A stretch of 64,000 nt of DNA. Source: Candidatus Shapirobacteria bacterium. Lineage in GTDB: Bacteria > Patescibacteriota > Microgenomatia > UBA12405. A program made the translations under genes and the position numbers. Position 1 is the stretch's first letter. Each line of letters starts with the position of its first letter. The stretch is from positions 587,107 to 651,106 of the forward strand of contig JAQWEN010000001.1 of the NCBI GenBank assembly GCA_028704885.1. Reading direction: 5' to 3'. Of this stretch, positions 49,207 through 59,367 are shown piece by piece. The notes beneath the pieces are model-generated. The model made no database searches. It saw nothing but the letters and a program-made list of their open reading frames with translations, and was not told the origin of the DNA.

Positions 49207-49922
49207 TTAACTGCAAGGCTGGATTTGATGATGAGGCGGCGGAGATAGGTGCCAGGGGGGCTACAAGTTATAAGAGTAAGATTTTTTTGATCGAAACGCT
49301 GCTCAAGAACTGAAAGATCGGTAGGTTTGACTTCAAACATTTCATCGACAATGTATTTGTATTGGACGCTATCATAGTCAATAATTATTTCATCGCCCTG
49401 CTCAAGTTTATAAAGAGTAGAAAAAATAGTTAAATAGGATTTTGGATTGAAAAATTGAGGTAAAACGGAATGACCGAAAACAACAGCATTACCAAGTTGT
49501 CCAGGAAGAGCGGTTTGAGGATATTGAATTAAACTTTTTTTTAAGTCCATACTGCCAATAGTAACAACAGCATCTTTAATTTTTAATTTGGGAATAGATA
49601 TTTTATAAGTGGAATTATTATCATTGGAAAAAAGTTGATTATTATCACTGGAATCAGCGATAAACCAATTATTAATTTGAGTGTAATCGGTAGTAACGGC
49701 GCCCAAAATATTTTGAGAACCGTTGTAAGATTTTAGAGATAAAGGATTAATCATCTGACTGAAACTAAGAGAAGATTGAAGCTGAAATTTAAGGATAGGA
49801 AAAATAGCTGAAAGGAAAAAAAATAGACCGACAACCATGAGAAGGATGGCTAAATTTTTCTTTTTAGCAAAAAACCTACTTTTTGGGGAGGGTGGTGATT
49901 TTTTAAGATAAAGATAGCTCAC
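49203..49922 (-). CDS. sortase-family transpeptidase
   Basis: N-terminal TM; catalytic His (VVFGHSV), TLxTC (LTLITCSPPG) and Arg. Confidence 0.75.
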   Translation of the reverse strand: MSYLYLKKSPPSPKSRFFAKKKNLAILLMVVGLFFFLSAIFPILKFQLQSSLSFSQMINPLSLKSYNGSQNILGAVTTDYTQINNWFIADSSDNNQLFSNDNNSTYKISIPKLKIKDAVVTIGSMDLKKSLIQYPQTALPGQLGNAVVFGHSVLPQFFNPKSYLTIFSTLYKLEQGDEIIIDYDSVQYKYIVDEMFEVKPTDLSVLEQRFDQKNLTLITCSPPGTYLRRLIIKSSLAVN

Positions 49923-52090
49923 GGCGATTCATTTTTAACTTCAATAAAAATATTTTTGGGGCTAAAAGGCAAAATATTGAAAATTTTAAAAGTAATTTTT
50001 AAATTATAGTCGTAAACTCGACTAATAGTTTTTTTAATTATCTCTTGAGCTTTTTTGGTAGTCCTACCAGAAATGTTTTTCTTGAGCAATTCGGTATCAA
50101 TTTTAGGTAAAGAAGAGCCTTTAATATTTAAACTGCCGGTAGCTTTATTAGTATCTAATTTGTCGATTTTTAGGGTGAAAACAAAAGAATCAGGATTTAT
50201 TTCTGAATCAGAATAACCGGTCTCTTTGGATAAAAATTGAGCTAAAATTTTATCTTTTAATTCGTTCTTGAAAACAAAAACACTAACTGTAGATTCGGCA
50301 GAGGCGGTTAAATCATCGGTTTCCTCCCCGACTTCACGATTAAGCTCAGTTTTGCCTTTTTTGGTTTGAATAGTTTCTTCAATGGCATCGTTTGAAGTAT
50401 TAAAATCCTGATTTATTTTTTGATCCGCTTCTTCTTTAAGTTTTATAGCCAATTGAGATTCGGCATTAACTTTGTCCTGCTGGCTGACAGCACTAATTTG
50501 ATCTTTAGTGCCACCAGTAAAATCGACATTACTTTTAACAACAATGGATGTTTCGGGGAAATCTTTAAATCTTAAGACAGAATCCTTGGAAATATTAAAT
50601 TCTGGACCAATATCGGAAGCAGAAATAACGGTTTTTACTTGACCAAAATTCATAGTGCCGGTTTCAAAATTGGAACTACTGGAAGCAATTTGGACGGCGT
50701 TAATTAATTCAAAATTTTGATTTTTGGAATCAATTAAAATTGATCCTTTGGGAATATTTTGAACTTTTTCGACTTTATTAAAAATCGTAACTTCACCAGT
50801 GGCTTTATTGCCAACAGTTTTTTGACCAGTAGTTTTTACGGTAACAGAAGAATTAACAGTTATATTTTTTTTGTCGACAGGAATAATTGAAGAAGTAAGA
50901 TCAGCAGCATCAGAATCAAGGGTAATATTAATAGTTTTGTCGAATTCATAGGGAGTAACAAAAAGAATTAAATTGGCTTTGGAAAGTAAAAGAGGAAGAA
51001 GGAGAATAATTAAGACGGCAGGAAAAATAAATAATAAATATTTATTTTTTAATTTGGGTAATTTAAAATTTATTTTTGGGAGCTTAAAAGAAATTGGTTT
51101 TTTTTCTTCTTCAAAACCCTTCTCCACCAAAGGCGGATTCTCCCCTTGATGTAGGGGATAAATTATTTCTGGTTTAGGTAAATCTTTAATAAAACCTAAA
51201 TCTTCAAAAGGAACTTCTTCTAAATTTTCTTCGGGAATTTCGGCTGCTTCTGGCATTTCTTCAACTTCTTCCAAATCTTCAACTGTTTTTATTTCTTCTT
51301 TTTCCTCTGGTTCTTCAATTTCTGGTGACTCAACTGGAGGTACAGCTTGATGACTAGGATTTCCACCACCAATCATTTGGGAAGTAATGGCTTTGAAAAA
51401 AATATTTATCAAATCGTGATCTTGATAAAGTTTAATCTCGGGAAAATGGAGAAAAGTTTCAATATTTTTTTTACCAACCCAAGGAAAATTTTTAAGATTT
51501 TCAATAATTGAATCGTTAACTTGGCCGTAAACATAAATTTGAGGAGGAAGAGTTGATTCCAAATTTAACTCTAACAAAGAATCTTCGACAAGCTGGGCAT
51601 TAAAATCACCATCAAAAACTTTTCTGATTCGATTTTTAATTTTACCAAGATAAATTAGAGATAATTCGAAGGCGTTTGATTCTAAATAAAGATTGATAAA
51701 ACTGGCGGGAAAATCGTCTGGTTTGTTGGATTCTTCAATAATGGCTTCGTCGTTAGACATAAAACCGGATGGTTTTAAATCGAGTTCTTTTAAAAGAGGC
51801 AAAATAACATCGGATCTTTCTTTGGTAATTTTGCCGTCTTGGCCAACCCAGGATGAAGGAATGACTAAGCCAACAAAAATCGGTTCTTGATCTTCGGAAA
51901 TGTCGGCACTAGCGGCAGCACTAGAGAGAGATTCATCGGCGGCTTTTAAAATTGATTGATGATTGTTAATATCACATTCAACTCGAGGGCCAATTGAGGC
52001 GACATAATAGCGGCCATTACCCCAGTTAATTAGAGAAACCAAAATACTGTCGGCTTCAATATAAAATAGCCAAAAACTATTAATACCCAT
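49919..52090 (-). CDS. large membrane protein (723 aa): FtsA/PilM-like actin-fold N-domain (weak), acidic linker, TM helix, large extracellular region
   Basis: N-terminus FWLFYIEADSILVSLINWGNGRYYVASIGPRVECD; EEPEEKEE linker; TM LLFIFPAVLIILLLPLLLS; 4 nt overlap with sortase gene. Confidence 0.5.
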   Translation of the reverse strand: MGINSFWLFYIEADSILVSLINWGNGRYYVASIGPRVECDINNHQSILKAADESLSSAAASADISEDQEPIFVGLVIPSSWVGQDGKITKERSDVILPLLKELDLKPSGFMSNDEAIIEESNKPDDFPASFINLYLESNAFELSLIYLGKIKNRIRKVFDGDFNAQLVEDSLLELNLESTLPPQIYVYGQVNDSIIENLKNFPWVGKKNIETFLHFPEIKLYQDHDLINIFFKAITSQMIGGGNPSHQAVPPVESPEIEEPEEKEEIKTVEDLEEVEEMPEAAEIPEENLEEVPFEDLGFIKDLPKPEIIYPLHQGENPPLVEKGFEEEKKPISFKLPKINFKLPKLKNKYLLFIFPAVLIILLLPLLLSKANLILFVTPYEFDKTINITLDSDAADLTSSIIPVDKKNITVNSSVTVKTTGQKTVGNKATGEVTIFNKVEKVQNIPKGSILIDSKNQNFELINAVQIASSSSNFETGTMNFGQVKTVISASDIGPEFNISKDSVLRFKDFPETSIVVKSNVDFTGGTKDQISAVSQQDKVNAESQLAIKLKEEADQKINQDFNTSNDAIEETIQTKKGKTELNREVGEETDDLTASAESTVSVFVFKNELKDKILAQFLSKETGYSDSEINPDSFVFTLKIDKLDTNKATGSLNIKGSSLPKIDTELLKKNISGRTTKKAQEIIKKTISRVYDYNLKITFKIFNILPFSPKNIFIEVKNESP

Positions 52091-52124
52091 ACATAATAGA
52101 ATACTATATTTTCAGAGATTCTGC

Positions 52125-53903
52125 CTATTTTAGGACAGCATAGATACGGCGTTTACCAGATCCGGCGGATTCTTCTTTGATAATTTCAAATTGACTAAGT
52201 TGAGATAAATTTTCGACATGAGGGCCAGTGCAAACTTCTTTGGAAAAATAATTTTCTTTGGAACCAATGGTGTAAACAGTAACTATTTCGGGGTATTTAT
52301 TACCAAAGAAAGCAAGAGCCCCCTGTTTTTGTGATTCAATAAAAGGCATAGTTTCAACTATTACTGGCAGTTTTAATTTAATTTGGGCGTTAACCAGATC
52401 TTTGATAGTTTTCAGTTCATCAGTTGTCAGTTTGTCAGGGTGAGTAAAATCAAAACGAATTCTTTCACTAGTAATATTAGAACCGGCTTGCCCGACATGA
52501 TTGCCTAAAATTTTTCTTAAAGCAGAATGAAGTAAATGAGCGGCGGTGTGAAATTTAGTAATAATTTCCGAATTATCGGCTAAACCTGATTTAAATTTAC
52601 CAGCAGATAAAGTTTGTGATTGTTTTTGATGATTTTCTTTGGCTTGATTAAATTCATCAATATTTAAAGTTAAATTATTTTTGGCTAATTCTTCTTGAAT
52701 CATTTCGACAGGAAAACCAAAAGATTCGTAAAGAGTAAAAGCTTCTTTACCAGAGACAGAGTGATTCTTCCCAAGAAGTTTATTAATCTCTGCCAATCCC
52801 TTGTCTAAGGTTTTGCGAAATTTATTTTCTTCAGCTTCTAGAAGAGAAAGTATTTTGTCTTTATTTTGATTTAAAGATGGATATTCCCCACCATAATTAT
52901 CTTGATTGTCCAAAACGGCTTGAGCAATATTAAAAATAAAGTTAGTTTCAATCCCTAAAATTTTTCCTTGTCTAATTGATCTTCTGATTAAACGACGAAG
53001 AACATAACCAGCTTCTTTATTACTAGGCTCGACACCATCAGCAATAATAAAAACAGAAGCTTTGATATGGTCGGCAATAATTCTAATGGCTCGAGTGTAA
53101 TTTTGATCGGAATAATTTTTGCCAGAAATTTCTTCTATTTTTTTAATTATTGGCTGCCAAATGTCGGATAAATAATTATCCTTAAAACCGGATAAAATAG
53201 CGGTGGTTCGCTCGACACCCATGCCAGTATCAACATTTTTTTGAATGTTGGGTGAAAATTTACCAGTTTCGTCTTTATAATAACCCATAAAAACATCATT
53301 CCAAATTTCAATGATTCTCCCCTGTTGACAACCAGTTTCAAATTCGACTGGGCCAGCTTCTGGTTGAGTGTCAACAAACATTTCAGTGTCTGGACCGCAA
53401 GGACCAGCATTGCCAGCTGGACCCCACCAATTATCTTTTTTGGGTAAATAGTGAATATGATCTTCGCTGATGCCAGAATTTAACCATAGATCGTGTGATT
53501 CGATATCTTTGGGGGCATCAACATCACCTTCAAAACAAGTGACGTGCAGATTTTTGGGGTCGATATTTAATTCTTTAGTTAAAAATTGATAACTCCAGGG
53601 AATCATTTCTGTTTTAAAATAGTCACCTAAAGACCAATTGCCTAACATTTCAAAAAAAGTATGATGATAAGTGTCGCCAATAGCTTCAATATCACCAGTA
53701 CGAACACATTTTTGAACATCAGTTAATTTCTGACCAAAAGGATGAGGCTGGCCTAAAAGATAAGGGACTAAAGGATGCATACCGGCAGAAATAAAAAGAG
53801 TAGTGGGATCGTTTTGAGGAATTATACTGGCAGAAGGAATTTCGACGTGACCTTTTGATGTAAAAAAATCGATATATTTTTTTCTTAAATCTCTTGCATT
53901 CAT
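52125..53903 (-). CDS. alaS: alanine--tRNA ligase (short form, 592 aa, lacks C-Ala domain)
   Basis: AlaRS catalytic core and editing domain (HTAAHLLHSAL). Confidence 0.88.
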   Translation of the reverse strand: MNARDLRKKYIDFFTSKGHVEIPSASIIPQNDPTTLFISAGMHPLVPYLLGQPHPFGQKLTDVQKCVRTGDIEAIGDTYHHTFFEMLGNWSLGDYFKTEMIPWSYQFLTKELNIDPKNLHVTCFEGDVDAPKDIESHDLWLNSGISEDHIHYLPKKDNWWGPAGNAGPCGPDTEMFVDTQPEAGPVEFETGCQQGRIIEIWNDVFMGYYKDETGKFSPNIQKNVDTGMGVERTTAILSGFKDNYLSDIWQPIIKKIEEISGKNYSDQNYTRAIRIIADHIKASVFIIADGVEPSNKEAGYVLRRLIRRSIRQGKILGIETNFIFNIAQAVLDNQDNYGGEYPSLNQNKDKILSLLEAEENKFRKTLDKGLAEINKLLGKNHSVSGKEAFTLYESFGFPVEMIQEELAKNNLTLNIDEFNQAKENHQKQSQTLSAGKFKSGLADNSEIITKFHTAAHLLHSALRKILGNHVGQAGSNITSERIRFDFTHPDKLTTDELKTIKDLVNAQIKLKLPVIVETMPFIESQKQGALAFFGNKYPEIVTVYTIGSKENYFSKEVCTGPHVENLSQLSQFEIIKEESAGSGKRRIYAVLK

Positions 53904-53924
53904 AGGGAGATTATACCTTATTCC

Positions 53925-54212
53925 CTATTTTTTTGGTTTGACAAACATCTTGGGAGCTGGTTTTTTGGGAGCAGTATATTCAACTTCTTTTATTTCTTTA
54001 ATAACTTCTTTTTCTTTTTCGCCCCTAGTGGATGTTTTGATTTCACCGATTAAATCTTGAAAAAAATCTTTAACTTTTGATTCAAAATTTTGGATAACTT
54101 CTTTATCACTATTTTTATTAATCAAAATAGCCGAAAGAGCACCAACAGCAGCGCCAAGACTTAGACCAAAAAGAAAACCGGAATTAGTTTTTTCCTCTTC
54201 TTTATTCGTCAC
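53925..54212 (-). CDS. small membrane protein (YtxH-like GxxxG-rich N-terminus)
   Basis: GFLFGLSLGAAVGALSAIL. Confidence 0.4.
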   Translation of the reverse strand: MTNKEEEKTNSGFLFGLSLGAAVGALSAILINKNSDKEVIQNFESKVKDFFQDLIGEIKTSTRGEKEKEVIKEIKEVEYTAPKKPAPKMFVKPKK

Positions 54213-54462
54213 TTTTTTTATTTTTGTTTAAATTACTAAAAAAAGAAAAACCATTTTTTAAACCCATCAAAACTTCAGAAAAAGAAGAAATTGGTTTGGC
54301 CACAGAATCGGTAATTAAATGAGTGTCGTCGAGAATAATGTTGGTTTTTTTAAGAGTAACCGAAAGATCTTTTAATAAGCGAATAAAATAAATGCCAGCG
54401 ACAATAATAATGGCAGTAATGACAATTAGACTGACGATGATGACAATTTGAGTGATATCCAT
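54202..54462 (-). CDS. small membrane protein (DUF948-like)
   Basis: N-terminal TM IVIIVSLIVITAIIIVAGIYFI. Confidence 0.4.
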   Translation of the reverse strand: MDITQIVIIVSLIVITAIIIVAGIYFIRLLKDLSVTLKKTNIILDDTHLITDSVAKPISSFSEVLMGLKNGFSFFSNLNKNKKSDE

Positions 54463-54491
54463 ATAATCAGTATAAACTATTTTTGAAAAAA

Positions 54492-55097
54492 TTAATTGGT
54501 TTTTAAGACTTTTTCTTCAACAGTGGTTTTGCCACTGGGTGATTTTGATTCAACTGTAATTTTTAGTTCACCGCCAGAACTAGCTTGAATTTTCTTTTGA
54601 AAATTACCCTTATCATCAACGATAATCAAATCCTGATTAATACGAATAGTAGAATCTGGATCGGTGATACCGGAAAGATCAAAACTATTATTGGCAATAT
54701 TTTCCGGCCAATTAACCTTTAATTTTGGCGGACGATTAAATTTTAGGTATTCTGAAGTAAGATAAAAAATAAAACTGACAAGAATTAATCCGATTAAAAT
54801 ACTAAAAGTAAATTGAGGAGTAAAAGAGAGATTCTCTTTTTTAAGTGATTTGTTTTTTTTGTTTTGTTCAAAATCACGACGAAAAAAAGATAACATTTCC
54901 TGGCCGTTTAATCCCAAATAATCGGCATAATCTTTGATAATCAAAGAACAATAAGGCTCTTGAGGAAAACATTTAACCTCCTCGTCTTCGATGGCAATTA
55001 AATATTTGACGGGAATTTTTAATTTTTTGGAAACGTCCAATAAATCATATTCCTTGTCAAGACGGGTGTTTTTTAAAATAGATGAAGTTCGAAGCAT
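54492..55097 (-). CDS. RodZ-like cytoskeleton protein (HTH + TM)
   Basis: N-terminal HTH-like LLDVSKKLKIPVKYLIAIED, central TM. Confidence 0.5.
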   Translation of the reverse strand: MLRTSSILKNTRLDKEYDLLDVSKKLKIPVKYLIAIEDEEVKCFPQEPYCSLIIKDYADYLGLNGQEMLSFFRRDFEQNKKNKSLKKENLSFTPQFTFSILIGLILVSFIFYLTSEYLKFNRPPKLKVNWPENIANNSFDLSGITDPDSTIRINQDLIIVDDKGNFQKKIQASSGGELKITVESKSPSGKTTVEEKVLKTN

Positions 55098-55105
55098 AAT
55101 TAAAT

Positions 55106-57226
55106 TTATTCAACCGATCCTTCACCTTGATTATGAGGCATTAAAATGTCTCGGGCCTTAGCACCGTTTGAAGGACCAATTAAACCAGCACTTTCAATTT
55201 CATCTAAGATTTTGGCAGCTCTGGCATAACCAACACTTAATTTTCTTTGGAGATAAGTTGTTGAGGCTTTACCAGTGTCTTGAATTAATTTAACAGCACT
55301 ATCATAAAGAGGATCATGTGGACCACCATCGGTAGAAACCATAGTTGACTTACCATTGCCGGCAGAGACTGGCTGATTAGTAATTTCATCGTTATATTCA
55401 GTAGCTTTTTGATTTTTAAGGAAATCAATTAGAGCAACTAATTCTTTATCGGAGACAAAACAGCCTTGAATACGAACTGGTTTGGCTAGATCTGGGGGAA
55501 TGTAAAGCATATCTCCCCTGCCTAATAATTTTTCAGCACCAGGAGTATCAAGAATAACCCGAGAATCGGTAACTGAAGTAACAGCAAAAGAAATACGAGT
55601 AGGAATATTAGCTTTGATAAGACCGGTAATAACATTAACTGATGGACGTTGAGTAGCTAAAATTAAATGAATACCAACAGCCCGAGCCATTTGAGCGATA
55701 CGACAAACATTATCTTCAACCTCTGATGGGGAAAATAACATAATTTCGGCTAATTCATCAATAAAAATTAAAATGTAAGGCATGGATTGAAAGCCAGACA
55801 AATTATTGTAGGATTCAATATTTTTAGCACCAACTTCGGTAAAAGTTTTATAACGGCGTTCCATTTCAGCAACTGCCCATTTTAAAGCAGAAATAACTTT
55901 TTCTGGATCGACGATGACTGGAGTTAAAAGATGAGGAATGCCATTATAAGGAGTAAGTTCGACTCTTTTTGGATCGACCATAATCATTCTGACTTCTTGA
56001 GGTGAAGCACGGAAAAGAATATTAGCAATCCAAGAATTAACACAAACAGATTTACCTGAACCAGTTTGACCGGCAATTAAAACGTGAGGCATTTTGGTAA
56101 TATCGGCAACTCGAGGATTACCAGCAACATCTAGACCTAATGGAACAGTAATTTTATTCTTGGCATTTTTCATGGCATCAGACTCAATAATTTTTCGAAT
56201 AGGAACAACTTCAAGGGTTTTATTAGGAACTTCAATACCAACTAAAGAACGACCAGGAATTGGGGCTTCGATACGAATTTGACCACCAGGAGCCGACAAA
56301 GCCATGGCTAAATCATTACTTAAACTGATGATTTTGGCTAATTTAGTACCAAGAGCAACTTCAAGAGCATATTGAGTAACAGAAGGACTGTTGTTGTATT
56401 CGACAACTTTGGCGCGAATACCAAAAGATTCGAGAGTTTTTTCGATAGTATTGGCATTATAACGAACATCGCCTCGATCGGCTTTGGCGCCAGGGGTGGA
56501 ATCAAAAATTGAAAGAGGTGGATATTCCCAAATTTGATTATTTGATAAAGATTGAAGCGGCGAAGAAGATGAAAGCGGTAATTGGTTTGGTGATTTCATA
56601 ACCGGAGGAACATTAACAACGTTGGGGTCGTCTTTTTCTTTTGTTTCTTTTTCGGATTTAAAAGGAGAAAGCTCCGACAAAAATTTACCGACGTCTTTTT
56701 GAGGTTTTTCTTTTCTGTTTTTACTATTACCAATAGTGTATTTTTTAAGAGCTTTGAAAATATTAATAAAAAATTTAACGATTTGACCGATGTTAGTATC
56801 GAAAAGAATGACAAAACCAGCAATGCCAGAAAAGAAGAAAATGAAAAAGCTAGGTAATTCACCAGTTAAAATGGTAACTTGATTACTAAAAAATAGACCA
56901 ATAGTTCCCTGTTTTAAAAGACCTAAAAGAGAAATAAACATAATTAAAGATCCAAAAAAAACATTTAATTCTTTTAGAGGAATTTTAATTTTGGCAAAAA
57001 GAAAAGAAGTAAGTAGGAGCAAAAAAGGAACAAAAACGGAAATTAAACCAAAATATTCGGTTAGTTTAATATTGATATTAGTTAAAAGAGGACCGGATTG
57101 AAGAAAAGAAAAAAGAGTAAAAATAGAGAGGACAATAAAAATAATAAAAAAGATGGTTTTTATTGTCTCCGGTTTTAATCTTAAAACTGGAAATAGATGT
57201 TTTTTCTTGCGACCTCGTTTAGCCAT
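55106..57226 (-). CDS. ftsK: DNA translocase FtsK/SpoIIIE
   Basis: N-terminal TM helices, Walker A IAGQTGSGKS, C-terminal gamma winged-helix. Confidence 0.9.
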   Translation of the reverse strand: MAKRGRKKKHLFPVLRLKPETIKTIFFIIFIVLSIFTLFSFLQSGPLLTNINIKLTEYFGLISVFVPFLLLLTSFLFAKIKIPLKELNVFFGSLIMFISLLGLLKQGTIGLFFSNQVTILTGELPSFFIFFFSGIAGFVILFDTNIGQIVKFFINIFKALKKYTIGNSKNRKEKPQKDVGKFLSELSPFKSEKETKEKDDPNVVNVPPVMKSPNQLPLSSSSPLQSLSNNQIWEYPPLSIFDSTPGAKADRGDVRYNANTIEKTLESFGIRAKVVEYNNSPSVTQYALEVALGTKLAKIISLSNDLAMALSAPGGQIRIEAPIPGRSLVGIEVPNKTLEVVPIRKIIESDAMKNAKNKITVPLGLDVAGNPRVADITKMPHVLIAGQTGSGKSVCVNSWIANILFRASPQEVRMIMVDPKRVELTPYNGIPHLLTPVIVDPEKVISALKWAVAEMERRYKTFTEVGAKNIESYNNLSGFQSMPYILIFIDELAEIMLFSPSEVEDNVCRIAQMARAVGIHLILATQRPSVNVITGLIKANIPTRISFAVTSVTDSRVILDTPGAEKLLGRGDMLYIPPDLAKPVRIQGCFVSDKELVALIDFLKNQKATEYNDEITNQPVSAGNGKSTMVSTDGGPHDPLYDSAVKLIQDTGKASTTYLQRKLSVGYARAAKILDEIESAGLIGPSNGAKARDILMPHNQGEGSVE

Positions 57227-57242
57227 GAATTAGTATACCGTT

Positions 57243-58664
57243 TTAGTAGCTTTGTGCAAATAGCCAACGATGTTTTGACGGCTGTCCACAGTGAATACAA
57301 ACTCCAGCTTCATCTTTTTGACCATCAGGAAGACAACGAGTAGTGGCTTTAGTTTCTTCTTTAATTTTTGCCTCACAATCGGCAGATTCACACCAATGAG
57401 CGGAAATAAAACCACGAGTGGTGGACATTATTTTTTTGAATTCATCATAAGAATCAACTGAAAAAGTATTATCTTGAGTAAATTTCTGGTGCTTTTCTAA
57501 TAGATTGCTTTGGATGTCAATTAAAAGTTGATCAATAGTTTTTTCCAAATCGGCAATTTTGACAGTTTGTTTTTCTAGAGTGTCGCGACGGACAACAACA
57601 GCTGAATCAATATCGGCTTCTTTATCGCCTATTTCTAGACGAATAGGAACACCTTTCATTTCCCATTTATTAAATTTAAAACCAGCAGTTTCACCGGCTA
57701 AATCATCAATTTGAGAACGATATTTTGATTTTAATTGATCAAAAATAGAATTAGCTAATTTAATAGCTTTTTCATGGCCAGGAATTGGAACTATAACTAA
57801 TTGAGTTGGAGCAATTTGAGGAGGAAAAACTAATCCATTGTCATCCCCATGAACCATAATTAAACCACCGATTGATCGAGTGGAAAGTCCCCAACTGTTT
57901 TGATAAGGATAAAGTTTGTCACCATTTTGATCTTGAAGCGACCAATCAAAAGATTTGGCAAAATTTTGACCAAGATCATGAGAAGTACCAGCTTGAAGAG
58001 CTTTGCCATTTGGCATTAGGACTTCAATAGTATAAGTTTTGCTAGCACCACCAAATTTTTCTGTTTCACTTTTAATACCAGTAACACCATACATGGCCAA
58101 AAGATCGGAATAAGTTTTTTTATAAAGATTTAAAGCCCATTGAACCATTTCTTGATTTTCTTGGTCGGTGGCATGGGCACAATGACCTTCCTGCCATAAA
58201 AATTCAGTGGTTCTTAAAAAGAGATAAGTGCGTTGTTCCCAACGAACAACATTACACCATTGATTCATCATGACTGGTAAATCGCGCCAAGATTGAGTCC
58301 ATTTTTTGTACATTTCGTACATGATGGTTTCAGAAGTAGGACGAACAATTAGTTTTTCGGTTAATTCTTGACCACCACCGATAGTGACAATGGCTAATTC
58401 AGGGGCAAAACCAGCAACATGTTCTTTTTCTTTTTTTAAAAAACTTTCAGGAATAAACAAAGGAAAATAGGCATTTTGAACACCTTTTTCTTTGATAAAT
58501 TTATCCATAAAACTTTGGATTCTTTCCCAAATGGCATAACCATAAGGACGAATAACCATACAACCTTTGACTGGGGCATAATCGGCCAATTCGGCCTTAA
58601 CCACAAGATCGTTATACCACTCTGATAAGTCTTCGGATTTTAATTTTATGAATTTTTTAGTCAT
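57243..58664 (-). CDS. proS: proline--tRNA ligase (archaeal/eukaryotic-type, 473 aa)
   Basis: Class II aaRS motifs; no INS editing domain; C-terminal zinc-binding domain. Confidence 0.88.
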   Translation of the reverse strand: MTKKFIKLKSEDLSEWYNDLVVKAELADYAPVKGCMVIRPYGYAIWERIQSFMDKFIKEKGVQNAYFPLFIPESFLKKEKEHVAGFAPELAIVTIGGGQELTEKLIVRPTSETIMYEMYKKWTQSWRDLPVMMNQWCNVVRWEQRTYLFLRTTEFLWQEGHCAHATDQENQEMVQWALNLYKKTYSDLLAMYGVTGIKSETEKFGGASKTYTIEVLMPNGKALQAGTSHDLGQNFAKSFDWSLQDQNGDKLYPYQNSWGLSTRSIGGLIMVHGDDNGLVFPPQIAPTQLVIVPIPGHEKAIKLANSIFDQLKSKYRSQIDDLAGETAGFKFNKWEMKGVPIRLEIGDKEADIDSAVVVRRDTLEKQTVKIADLEKTIDQLLIDIQSNLLEKHQKFTQDNTFSVDSYDEFKKIMSTTRGFISAHWCESADCEAKIKEETKATTRCLPDGQKDEAGVCIHCGQPSKHRWLFAQSY

Positions 58665-58729
58665 GAGTGATTATAGCTTAAGAATTTAAGTTTCGCTTTA
58701 TATTAGTATAGACGTTGTTTATGTTATTA

Positions 58730-59353
58730 GTAGAGACGCCATGCATGGCGTCTCTACATTTATTATTTTTTATAATATTTATCTTTGTTCCAGTTTTTAA
58801 TATTATTTTTAATATATTGTTTGATGATTAAATACTCTTTTTCATTTTGAATAATGTGGTCATGAAAACGGGGTTGCCAGGAAAAAAATATGGTTTTTGG
58901 ATTTATTTGACGAGTAGTGGCGGATTTAAATTGTTTTATTACTAATGGAATTGTTTGAGAAGAACGAATAGCTATTCGATGATAATAATAATTATTGTAT
59001 TTTATTGATAGAGACGCATCATGATGCGTCTCTACTGAATTTGACAATGGTTTTGATAGGTTTAATAGTATATGAACATGATTTGGCATAACAATATATT
59101 CATTTAAAATTACATTTGAAAAATGTTTTGGAATATTAATTAAACATTGATTGGTAATAATTCCCATTTTTGATAATTCCATTTTATTGTTAATAATTTT
59201 TCCAAAGAAATTATTATGATTGTAGGTGCAGATAGTGATGAAATAAAATCCAGGAGTAGAATAATCCCAATTTAATAAGCGAGATGATTTTAATTTAAAT
59301 TTGTCAGCAAATTTGGTTGGATTATCGACAAGTGCCATATATGGCGTCTCTAC
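58730..59353 (-). mobile_element. IS200/IS605-family-like minimal element: Y1 HuH transposase gene flanked by GTAGAGACGCC-containing palindromes
   Basis: 28 nt perfect palindrome 58730-58757; partial copy 59334-59353; see the CDS below. Confidence 0.6.
58763..59338 (-). CDS. tnpA: HuH Y1 transposase (IS200/IS605 TnpA / REP-associated tyrosine transposase-like)
   Basis: HuH motif PNHVHILL; C-terminal QPRFHDHIIQNEKEYLIIKQYIKNN resembles the RAYT QRRFW(D/E)H motif. Confidence 0.7.
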   Translation of the reverse strand: MALVDNPTKFADKFKLKSSRLLNWDYSTPGFYFITICTYNHNNFFGKIINNKMELSKMGIITNQCLINIPKHFSNVILNEYIVMPNHVHILLNLSKPLSNSVETHHDASLSIKYNNYYYHRIAIRSSQTIPLVIKQFKSATTRQINPKTIFFSWQPRFHDHIIQNEKEYLIIKQYIKNNIKNWNKDKYYKK

Positions 59354-59367
59354 AATATAAAATTATT

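Noticed and set aside
51141-51158. TCCCCTTGATGTAGGGGA hairpin inside the 723 aa gene as a fourth copy of the palindromic element.
   Set aside because: It shares only the stem-loop architecture and the encoded NPP-L-EKG peptide flavour, not the 20-mer sequence. It is mentioned under findings as a possible degenerate relative.
57230-57415. 61 aa ORF overlapping the 3' end of proS.
   Set aside because: It is embedded in proS in another frame with no independent signals.
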